Shown here: positions 1 to 8,122 of the stretch, one piece after another
Position numbering within the stretch: position 1 is the first letter of the stretch
Layout: every line of letters begins with the position of its first letter
Origin: Nibricoccus sp.
Lineage (GTDB): Bacteria; Verrucomicrobiota; Verrucomicrobiia; Opitutales; Opitutaceae
Direction of reading: 5' to 3'
NCBI GenBank assembly: GCA_047602425.1
Contig: JASGHG010000001.1
Location: 1,120,001-1,184,000 of the forward strand
Length of the DNA stretch: 64,000 bases
The notes under the pieces: model-generated
Told to the model about the DNA's origin: nothing
Database searches by the model: none
The model's input: the letters and a program-made list of their open reading frames with translations, nothing else
Program-made: the position numbers and the translations under genes

Positions 1-2
1 AT

Positions 3-2384
3 GAGGAGAGAACGGTGCTCAGCTCGGCTGTTCCGATCGACTCCCTTACCTCGAACGAATTGCGCAGCACCGGTTACACCGAAACCAGCCAGGCTCTCCA
101 AGCTTTGGTTCCGTCGTTCAACTTCCCCCGCCCCAGCCTCACCGACGGCACCGACCATATTCGTCCGGCGTCGCTTCGCGGTCTCGCGCCCGATCAGACT
201 TTGATCCTGGTGAACGGTAAGCGTCGTCATCCCAGCGCGCTCATCAACGTCAACGGCACCAGCGGCGCCATGGGACGCGGCTCGGCCTCGGTCGACTTCA
301 ATGCCTTTCCGCCAACCGCCATCGGTGGAGTCGAAGTGCTTCGCGACGGCGCCGCGGCGCAATACGGTTCTGACGCCATTGCCGGCGTTATCGACCTGAA
401 ATTACGCAGCGACATCGGCCGCTCGCTCTCCGCCACGGTCGGTTCTACCTACGAAGGCGACGGTAATATATTAGAGCTCGCCTTCGATGCGGGCGCCAAA
501 CTTGGCGAGACTGGCTTTATCCACGCGTCGACTTATTTCCGCGATCGCGAAAAAACCAATCGCACCGGCACGGATTTCCGCCAGCAATATTTCGGTTTCA
601 ATAGTTCCGGCCAGCCGGTGGTCTTCCCCACGGTCAACACGACGACCGACAATCATCCGGTTCCCCCGGCGGGCGCCACTTTCGATCCACGCGAAGCGAC
701 CGTCAACCGTCACAGTTCGCGCTTGGGCGATGCCGATAGCAAAGAGTATGGCATCTTCATCAACTCCGAAGTGGGCAAAAATGTTAAGGGGTATGCATTC
801 GGTGGATACACTCACCGCGACAGCAGCGCAGCCGCGAACTTCCGCCGTCCGCTCGACAACAGCAACGTGCGTTCGATTTTTCCCGACGGTTTCCTGCCTC
901 TCATCAAGGCCAAGGTGACCGATAGTTCGATCACGGGAGGCGTCAAAGACCTCACGGGCGATTGGACTTGGGACCTCAGCCAAACCTGGGGTTCGAACGA
1001 ACTCAAATACGACGTCGACAACACGGTGAACGCCACGCTCGGCAATGCCAGTCCGACGCGTTTCTACGCGGGTAAACTTTTCTTCCAGCAGGCCACCACC
1101 AATTTGGACCTTACTCATCAGTTCGACTTCGGCTGGAACGCTCCGCTTCGCCTAGCGCTCGGTAGCGAATATCGTTGGGAAAATTACAAAATCACCGAGG
1201 GTGAACCCGATTCCTACCGCAACGGTGGCGTGCGCATCCTCGACGGACCGTTTGCCAACAGTGCAACGACGCTGCCGGTTCCAGGCGCGCAAGGTTTCCC
1301 GGGTTTCCAACCTGCCGACCGCGTCAATCCGAAGCGCAACAACTACGCGTTTTATTGCGACGTGGAGAACCAGGTGACCGACAAAATCTACCTCTCGGCC
1401 GCTGGGCGTTATGAAAATTATAGCGACTTCGGATCGACGCTTAACGGCAAGGTCTCGGGCCGCTGGCAGGTCGCCAAGCCCTTCGCCGTCCGCGGCAGCG
1501 CGAGCTCGGGTTTCCGCGCGCCGTCGCTTCATCAAAGTTACTACAGCCAAACGGCCACGTCCTTCATCTCGGGCGTGCCGTACGATATCCGGACGTTCCC
1601 CGTGAATCATCCCGTCGCCCGCCTGCTCGGCTCAGTGGATTTGAAACCCGAGAAGTCCCAAAACTACAGCGCCGGCGGTATCCTGCAGCTCGGTAATACG
1701 TTCTCCGCCACGGTCGACCTCTACGAAATCATCATTCATGATCGCATTTCGTACTCCAGTAACTTCAACGACGCGTCCGTGCGCACCTTCCTGGCCGCCC
1801 AAGGCTTTCCCGGTGTCGGCGGCGCCCGGTACTTCACCAATGCGATCAACACCAAGACGCATGGTATCGACCTGACGATGCGTTATCTCATCACCACCAA
1901 AACCGCGGGCAATCTGATCCTGACCGCCGGAATCAATTCCAACCGGCAAAAACTCACCCGCGTCGCCGAAACGCCGCCGCAGCTCGCCGCGATTTCGACC
2001 GTTCCTCTGATCGACCGTGTCGAAACCGTGCGCTATGAAAAAGGCCAGCCGCGCGATACCATCAATCTCGCGGCCAACTACCGCCTCAAAAAGTGGAATC
2101 TCGTCGTCCGCGAAGTCCGTTATGGCAAGGCCTCCCTCGCCGGCAACGCCAACGACGTGACCCGCGACCAGACCGTCAGCGCAAAATGGCTCACCGACAT
2201 CAACCTCGCTTACGACTTCAGGCGCTATCTGTCCTTCAACCTCGGAGCGAACAATGTCTTCGATGTCTATCCCGACAGAGTTCTCCCCACCAACAACCCT
2301 TCGGGTTTCGTTAAATACCCGAACGTTTCTCCCTTCGGTTACAGTGGCGGTTTCTACTATCTGCGCCTCAACAGCCAGTTCTAA
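3..2384 (+). CDS. TonB-dependent outer membrane receptor (5' end outside window)
   Basis: Frame open from base 3 (EERTVLSSAVPID...). Plug motifs SLRGLAPDQTLILVNGKR and EVLRDGAAAQYGSDAIAGVI; barrel motifs GFRAPSL, LKPEKS, GANNVFD; C-terminal Phe. Confidence 0.93.
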   Translation, partial: EERTVLSSAVPIDSLTSNELRSTGYTETSQALQALVPSFNFPRPSLTDGTDHIRPASLRGLAPDQTLILVNGKRRHPSALINVNGTSGAMGRGSASVDFNAFPPTAIGGVEVLRDGAAAQYGSDAIAGVIDLKLRSDIGRSLSATVGSTYEGDGNILELAFDAGAKLGETGFIHASTYFRDREKTNRTGTDFRQQYFGFNSSGQPVVFPTVNTTTDNHPVPPAGATFDPREATVNRHSSRLGDADSKEYGIFINSEVGKNVKGYAFGGYTHRDSSAAANFRRPLDNSNVRSIFPDGFLPLIKAKVTDSSITGGVKDLTGDWTWDLSQTWGSNELKYDVDNTVNATLGNASPTRFYAGKLFFQQATTNLDLTHQFDFGWNAPLRLALGSEYRWENYKITEGEPDSYRNGGVRILDGPFANSATTLPVPGAQGFPGFQPADRVNPKRNNYAFYCDVENQVTDKIYLSAAGRYENYSDFGSTLNGKVSGRWQVAKPFAVRGSASSGFRAPSLHQSYYSQTATSFISGVPYDIRTFPVNHPVARLLGSVDLKPEKSQNYSAGGILQLGNTFSATVDLYEIIIHDRISYSSNFNDASVRTFLAAQGFPGVGGARYFTNAINTKTHGIDLTMRYLITTKTAGNLILTAGINSNRQKLTRVAETPPQLAAISTVPLIDRVETVRYEKGQPRDTINLAANYRLKKWNLVVREVRYGKASLAGNANDVTRDQTVSAKWLTDINLAYDFRRYLSFNLGANNVFDVYPDRVLPTNNPSGFVKYPNVSPFGYSGGFYYLRLNSQF

Positions 2385-2423
2385 GATCTAAGTACTGGTT
2401 GTTGAAATATCGTTATCAGTGTC

Positions 2424-2463
2424 ACGGCCCTTCTGCTCCGGCAGGAGGGCCGTTTCGTTTGTT
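2424..2463 (+). terminator. Intrinsic terminator after the TonB-dependent receptor
   Basis: Stem ACGGCCCTTCTGC-TCCG-GCAGGAGGGCCGT followed by TTCGTTTGTT. Confidence 0.75.
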
Positions 2464-2599
2464 CGCCCGGCCCATGCGCTGAAAATAAGTTCCCACGTCC
2501 GGGCGCAGCGAAGCCATGAGCTTCCAAAGAAATGCAGTATCGCTCCTGACCTCGATCGACTTTAACCGAATACGTGACGGCGACCTAAACAGAATGAAC

Positions 2600-2893
2600 G
2601 TCCGCGACGCAAACATCTCTGCACCAGACGCCGCTCAAGCGGCAACGCATGCCAACATATCCGCATCGAGCGCCGCTTGAACAGCAACCATTGCCGTTTC
2701 AGCCGCAGCGACTGCGCTTCAAAGCCAATCGACCGCGGACATCCCTGCCTCGCCTGCCATTTGTAGCGCACTGACTGCGGATACTTCTGCGAACGTCGCG
2801 GAGTTCTCCGCAAAGACTGCCGACGTATCTGCAGCGATTACGGGGTTAGCGGCGATCATTGCAGGGTACACTGCGGTAACAGCAGCGGGATTT
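2600..2893. repeat. Degenerate 21-bp tandem repeat, 14 in-phase units
   Basis: Consecutive 21-mers keep GC at unit positions 1-2 and 10-11, e.g. GCAACCATTGCCGTTTCAGCC, GCACTGACTGCGGATACTTCT, GCAAAGACTGCCGACGTATCT. No indels break the phase. Confidence 0.7.
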
Positions 2894-3011
2894 AAAGAGC
2901 AGCAATCGTCTTCGTGAGACGGTTATCCGATTGATTCCGCCTCTGCATTCGACGGCTCTGCGTGAAATACGATTTCGTTAGAGAGCAACCCAAACCGGTC
3001 GCTTACTCCAA

Positions 3012-4229
3012 TTAAAAGTAACTCATCCAAGCTGCGCGATGGCGGCGCTTAAGAGCGGCGAACCAGCGGCACGCCGGATAAAGCGCCACCACAACCGAAA
3101 TCCAAACCGCGTACACGACAGGAAGACCGAAACCCACGTCAGGTGGCGCCGTTACACCCCGGCCGATTAAAAATGCCGATGTGCCGAAGCAAATCTGACA
3201 AGCCACCATCGCCAGGGCGTGGATCAGCGGAATGTGGATTATATAATAGAAAAACGGCACCTGCCCGTACACAAGAAGCGGCTGCAAACGCTTCGACCAT
3301 GGTCGCTCCAAAAGCGCCAACGCGATCAACCCGGGCCCGATTGTCATTAACACGAAGCAAAGCGAGGGCGGATATTTTGTGCAGTCGAGGAACGACATCA
3401 CCGTGAGCGTCGGACGCGACTGCGTTGCCCAGGGTGTGAGATTGCCATAAACATTCGCCAGCCGCAGCGCCACAAAGCCCACGATCATACCGCAACCAAC
3501 TCTTATCAGCCAGCGTTGGCGCGCCGCGGCGTCCCATTTATAGATCACGCCCATGCCATAGCCAGCCGCCATCACACCTATCCATGGTAGCACTGGATAA
3601 CCAATGCGCATGGAAATGCCCCAGGAGGTCTTTATCTGCCCGGTCACATGCAAAAACGACCACAACCATGAAAAAGAACCCAAACTCTCCGGCTTGACGC
3701 CATCGAAGGCGTTGTGGCCGCCAATCAGAACCAGTCCGATTGTCGTCACCGCCCAGACGGGCAATCGAATGAGCGCCGAAAGCGCAATCATCGCTCCACC
3801 CAATGCCCAAAGCGTGCTGAAATTGTAGCTCTTGACGTCGATGGAGAAACGCCAGCCGAACCATCCCAACAGCGTCAAATCGAGAAATACCAGCCACAGC
3901 CCGCGCGTGAATAAAAACCAAGCGAGTTCTCCTTTCGATTTTCCCCGCTGGGCGGCGAGAAAGACGGCGGTGCCGGCGAGAAAACTGAAAATCGGAGCGC
4001 AAAAGTGTGTGATCCAGCGCGTGAAAAACAACGCTTCAGAGGTCTGGGCCAGATCAAGCGGATTCACGCGATGGAGCGCACCCTCATGAAAAAAATGCCG
4101 TACGTGATCGAGCGCCATGATGACCATCACAAGGCCTCGCAAAAGATCGACCGATTCGATGCGAGGGGCGCGCGAAGGGGCTGTGGATTCAGGTAAATTA
4201 GTTGGGGTTGGCAGCGTGGAAGTATCCAT
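3012..4229 (-). CDS. DUF1624 / HGSNAT-like (acyltransferase-3-like) multi-pass membrane protein
   Basis: RIESVDLLRGLVMVIMALDHVRHFF, FFTRWITHFCAPIFSFLAG, YPVLPWIGVM, KYPPSL; many hydrophobic segments. Confidence 0.85.
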   Translation of the reverse strand: MDTSTLPTPTNLPESTAPSRAPRIESVDLLRGLVMVIMALDHVRHFFHEGALHRVNPLDLAQTSEALFFTRWITHFCAPIFSFLAGTAVFLAAQRGKSKGELAWFLFTRGLWLVFLDLTLLGWFGWRFSIDVKSYNFSTLWALGGAMIALSALIRLPVWAVTTIGLVLIGGHNAFDGVKPESLGSFSWLWSFLHVTGQIKTSWGISMRIGYPVLPWIGVMAAGYGMGVIYKWDAAARQRWLIRVGCGMIVGFVALRLANVYGNLTPWATQSRPTLTVMSFLDCTKYPPSLCFVLMTIGPGLIALALLERPWSKRLQPLLVYGQVPFFYYIIHIPLIHALAMVACQICFGTSAFLIGRGVTAPPDVGFGLPVVYAVWISVVVALYPACRWFAALKRRHRAAWMSYF

Positions 4230-4446
4230 GATTACGAAGCAGTTGGGGAATTTTGGAGATGACCGCCAAAGACAGATCGTCAGGGAAATGAGCTGAAAAA
4301 ACCGCCCTGTCCACGTACGATTTCCTCCCGAATCATCTGCGGCTGACTATGAAGTCGGCCCAAAATCAGGCAATCGTCCGCAAGTTTCCCGTGATTTTTG
4401 ACAGGTTCGTGACAAATGGTCCGGCCACTTCGGCTATAACCTGGAC

Positions 4447-5007
4447 ATGCAAAATAGCATTCCAGCTGCCTTTTCGCATCCCTCCCAAAAACGAAAAAAG
4501 TTTCAATACGCTTTCACCCTGTTGCTTGCGTATTTTAGTCTCAGCCATCTCGCCCAAGCAGACCAACGCGTTGCCCAGCCGCAGGCCCAGACTTTCACGG
4601 ACGCCTATCACGTGGCGCTCAACCTCGTTCAGCAACGGCCGGGCGTCCATATGCTGACCGTCGCCTCCACGTACAGCATGTATCCCAAACTTGACTGGGA
4701 TTCGATCGTCGTCGTTGCACCGGTCTCGATCGATCAAGTTCAAGTGGGCGACATTGTCTGCTTCCGCGATCAAAGTGTTGATGGCCAGCGTAAGATTGTG
4801 CATCGCGTCGTAAAAATCCTTCGCAAGGACCACCGTTTGGTCACACGTGGCGACAATTTGGACCGTCCTGACCTGCGTCCTGTCGATGCAGACGCGCTGA
4901 TTGGCAAAGTCACGCACGTTGTTTATTTTGACCGCACAGGCCAACAGCGTCCCGTCGATCACGTGCTGCCCACGCCGGTTCGCTACGAACAAGTCATCCA
5001 CTTGTGA
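4447..5007 (+). CDS. S26-family signal peptidase I, SipW/ER-type (Ser-His)
   Basis: N-terminal hydrophobic segment; catalytic-type SMYP, GDIVCF, IVHRV and TRGDN..D motifs. Confidence 0.75.
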   Translation: MQNSIPAAFSHPSQKRKKFQYAFTLLLAYFSLSHLAQADQRVAQPQAQTFTDAYHVALNLVQQRPGVHMLTVASTYSMYPKLDWDSIVVVAPVSIDQVQVGDIVCFRDQSVDGQRKIVHRVVKILRKDHRLVTRGDNLDRPDLRPVDADALIGKVTHVVYFDRTGQQRPVDHVLPTPVRYEQVIHL

Positions 5008-5022
5008 CTCTCGGCGCGGTAA

Positions 5023-5053
5023 ACTCCACCGGCTTCGGGCGGGGCTTTTTCTT
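5023..5053 (+). terminator. Possible terminator between convergent genes
   Basis: Imperfect GC-rich stem with TTCG loop followed by a T-run. Confidence 0.35.
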
Positions 5054-5084
5054 AAACCCGGCCAGCGGGATTTCGGCGGCAGGA

Positions 5085-5831
5085 TCAGTGCGTCATCGCG
5101 TAGACATAGATATTCAACATCATTTCCATGCACTCTTGCGCATGGTTCGGGCGGGTAGCGCGCACGCCTGACCAGCCGCATTGCAAGCCACTGAGCGTGA
5201 TGACCGACACAATGCGGTCTTTCACGTACACGCCGTACAAACCGTGCTGCGCCCAACGCTTATCGTATCGCGCCTCGTGGTAAGTATGCGGCGGTTTCTC
5301 CGTCATCGTGAAAAAGCATGAGTAGATTTCGTGCTCCGACGACAGTGGCTTGATTTCGCAGCCCGGAATCAGCGCGGTGAACACCGCTTTGTTGTCGGCC
5401 AAAAACTTCGCAGGATCGGGGTTGATCGTCTTGTTAATGCAGGCGTCGACCACGACGAAGCCACCACGCTTGAAATACTCGGCCAGATTGGAACGCGCCG
5501 AGGCTGATCGAACCGCCGCCAGCGAATTTGCGAAGATGAACGGATACCGGCAAAGATCCTCGAGACTGTTCATGCTCACGCTGTACCAGGTCGGGTCCAT
5601 ATTCAGGCTCGTTTCGCGCCGGATGAAAATCGAAAGCCGGTAGTCCGCTTCGCTGTGCCGCTCCCAGTATTCGTCGGGCGTGCGCAACCGCGCCCAGCCA
5701 ACCCGGCCGCCACGCATCACACTATCATCATCCTGGGCTCGGACGGAGCCGCCGAAGCCAGCCGCAAAAACCGCCACCGCCCCGACCAAAACCAGGCGCC
5801 TGAGGCATTTTTGCGGGAGAAGACTTTTCAT
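5085..5831 (-). CDS. DUF4159-like exported protein (paralogue 1)
   Basis: Signal-peptide-like N-terminus (MKSLLPQKCLRR...VRA). L..YPFIF, NLAEYFKRGGFVVVD, HEIYSCFF and C-terminal NIYVYAMTH. Start chosen at ATG 5831 rather than the ORF-track start at 6194. Confidence 0.8.
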   Translation of the reverse strand: MKSLLPQKCLRRLVLVGAVAVFAAGFGGSVRAQDDDSVMRGGRVGWARLRTPDEYWERHSEADYRLSIFIRRETSLNMDPTWYSVSMNSLEDLCRYPFIFANSLAAVRSASARSNLAEYFKRGGFVVVDACINKTINPDPAKFLADNKAVFTALIPGCEIKPLSSEHEIYSCFFTMTEKPPHTYHEARYDKRWAQHGLYGVYVKDRIVSVITLSGLQCGWSGVRATRPNHAQECMEMMLNIYVYAMTH

Positions 5832-5848
5832 TTTCGGGCGCCCTTTTT

Positions 5849-8122
5849 TCAGAGTAGGAACCAACGACGACGCAGGAGCAACTCCACTCCGTAGCAGCCG
5901 ATAAGCAACGCCAGCACCCAGCGACGATGCCAAAGCTGGGTGGTCCGTTCGGAGACGATCTCGGGCGCCGCCGGCTCGCGGGGCGCGATCCATTGTTCTG
6001 GCACCGTTTCGTTCAGCACGACTCCGCCCGTTCGCTCGGCCAGTTTCGCCATTAAAACTTCGTCGACGGCCGAGTTGGAGTTTTCTCCCGCCGGCCCGTT
6101 GCCGGTGTCCTGCACGCGCATCCAGTGACGCGCCACGCGTCCGTTTTCCTCGATGGCCCGCAATTCCCATTCGCCGGCTCCGGATGGACGCCAACGGTAG
6201 GAAAGAGTTTCGCCGCCTTCCATGACGCGAGGAATTTCAACTGGAACCTGCCCGCCAAACACCGAGTAAACGTGAATGGGCGCGGAGCCGCCTCCAACCA
6301 ATCGCAGTACAACATCCTGACCGATCTCCGTGCTCAGCGGCGCGTGATCAAAAACCAAATCACGTATCCGGTCGCGCCCGAGCCACGCGAAAAGATGACG
6401 CCAGAATTTCTCCGCGCCCTTGGCCGAACTTTCTTCATTCAACTTCCAGCGCCAGAGCGCGTCGCTCGTCAGGACGGCGCTTTGACCGCGTCCGTAACGT
6501 TGCATCGCCAACAGAATCGCGCGGCTACCATCTCCTCCCGCGGGCGAAGTTTCGCTCGGGTGACGCGCCAACACGACCGCACCGGGTTTGGCCCGCAGCA
6601 CTTGCGCATAACTCGAAAATTTCGGCGAAACCATCGCCCCGCCCTGCCCGAAAATTTCCTGCGCGTCGGGCTCCCACGCAAATTCCGCAAGTTCTATCGC
6701 TTGGCCGCTTCCTCCGGCGTGGCCGTAGCGGACGCGCGACCGCGAGGACCCGCCGGAGGATTTCGGACGCGTGCCTTTGACCGGATTCGAATTCAAAAAA
6801 ACAACCGGCAGCATTTTCTCCAGCTCGCTTCCGGCAAAACCGTTGGCCGATGCGTCGTCGGGCGCGAAGAACATCAGCACGCCGCCGTTCTTCACCCACT
6901 CGGTGAGCGCCGCCTGTTGCGCCGGGGAAAACTGCTGGGCTGCGGCGTTGGCCAGCACAATGACGTCGTAGGCCAAGAGCGCCGCCGCCGTGGAAGGAAA
7001 GCCCTTGGCGGAATTATCGAAATAGTTTGGCGCTAGAGCCAGGATCGGCGTGAAGGTAAACTCAGGATCGTCGCGCAGCATGTCGGCCAAAAATTTATAG
7101 CCCCAGTCGAGCGCGCCCTGAAAAAAGAGAATGCGGTTGTTGCCCGGCGCCTGCACCCGGATTTCCGCGCGAGCCACCACCGCTTGCTCGGCGTCGCCGA
7201 TTTGCAGCTCGATCGGCAACAGCCCGATATTGTCGGCGCCGATCTCGGCCGTCCAGGTGTACATGTGCCGACCCGCTTCGAGCCGGAGCGTCTCTGTCGG
7301 TTTCTGATTGTTCCCCACGCGAAATCGGACCGGCACGGAACGCGCCGCCGGTTGATAACTGTCGAGCGTGACTTCGAGTTGAAAGGTCGAGCGCGGCGCG
7401 AGCGTGCCCGGCGCATTCCAGTCGCGCAGCGTGAAAAAAGATTTGCCGGTGTAGCGATTTCGCCCCGGCACGAAATAAAGCGGTGTGCCCGTGCCGAGCG
7501 CGGATCGCACCGTGGATTCCACCTGTTCGGATGCAGCCGAACCGCTGGTGTCGATGCCGTCGGTCAAGGTGATCACGCCGCCCCATCCGCCCGCCGGAGC
7601 TTGCTTCAGCACTTGCTGCAAAGCCGCGAACAACTCCGTGCGATCGCCCGCCAGCGCGGCAGGAGCGTCGACGTCCGCGATTTTTTCGACACCTCGCGCA
7701 AACGCGAAACTCGCCACATCGCTAAACGCCTTGCGCGCGGCCGGCTCGATCGCCAGCCAGCGCCGACGCGCATCGTCGCCTCGCTGCTGCCGCCGGTTGT
7801 CCGGCTTCCGCATGCTGTCCGAACGATCCACCAGCACCGCGAGCGGCCGGAGCGTTTCGTGGTATTGTTGGGAATATTTTTTCTCCACGCGCACCGGCCC
7901 AGCCAGCAACACCAGGAGCAATAGCAGGAGCAGGAAACGCAGACCCGTGAGCACGATCTTCCGGCCGGTCGAAAGCCGAACCAGCGTGTAGTGGTAACTC
8001 AGCGCCAGCAGCAACAGCCCGAGCACGGCGGCCAGCCCGAGGACCAGCCACGCCAGCTGCGAGTCGAGCCCGCCGAGCGTGCCGCCGAACCGCCACTGCA
8101 CATCTTGGAAAACGGATGTCAT
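5849..8122 (-). CDS. Membrane protein with vWA (MIDAS) domain and class I glutamine amidotransferase-like domain
   Basis: N-terminal TM helices; MIDAS LVDRSDSM and LTDG; YDVIVLAN..LTEWVKNGG; YGRGQSAVL..LWRW; C-terminal TM helix with ELLLRRRW. Confidence 0.8.
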   Translation of the reverse strand: MTSVFQDVQWRFGGTLGGLDSQLAWLVLGLAAVLGLLLLALSYHYTLVRLSTGRKIVLTGLRFLLLLLLLVLLAGPVRVEKKYSQQYHETLRPLAVLVDRSDSMRKPDNRRQQRGDDARRRWLAIEPAARKAFSDVASFAFARGVEKIADVDAPAALAGDRTELFAALQQVLKQAPAGGWGGVITLTDGIDTSGSAASEQVESTVRSALGTGTPLYFVPGRNRYTGKSFFTLRDWNAPGTLAPRSTFQLEVTLDSYQPAARSVPVRFRVGNNQKPTETLRLEAGRHMYTWTAEIGADNIGLLPIELQIGDAEQAVVARAEIRVQAPGNNRILFFQGALDWGYKFLADMLRDDPEFTFTPILALAPNYFDNSAKGFPSTAAALLAYDVIVLANAAAQQFSPAQQAALTEWVKNGGVLMFFAPDDASANGFAGSELEKMLPVVFLNSNPVKGTRPKSSGGSSRSRVRYGHAGGSGQAIELAEFAWEPDAQEIFGQGGAMVSPKFSSYAQVLRAKPGAVVLARHPSETSPAGGDGSRAILLAMQRYGRGQSAVLTSDALWRWKLNEESSAKGAEKFWRHLFAWLGRDRIRDLVFDHAPLSTEIGQDVVLRLVGGGSAPIHVYSVFGGQVPVEIPRVMEGGETLSYRWRPSGAGEWELRAIEENGRVARHWMRVQDTGNGPAGENSNSAVDEVLMAKLAERTGGVVLNETVPEQWIAPREPAAPEIVSERTTQLWHRRWVLALLIGCYGVELLLRRRWFLL

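Noticed and set aside
2600..2893. CRISPR array
   Set aside because: No conserved repeat alternating with unique spacers, and no cas genes in the window.
4366..5256. 296-aa minus-strand ORF
   Set aside because: Antisense to the S26 peptidase gene, which carries the recognisable motifs.
5832..6194. N-terminal extensions given by the ORF track (also 10441-10782, 12396-12512, 20226-20336, 42355-42648, 62251-62346)
   Set aside because: They overlap neighbouring genes, leaders or terminators; downstream starts give signal peptides, family-typical N-termini or ATGA coupling.
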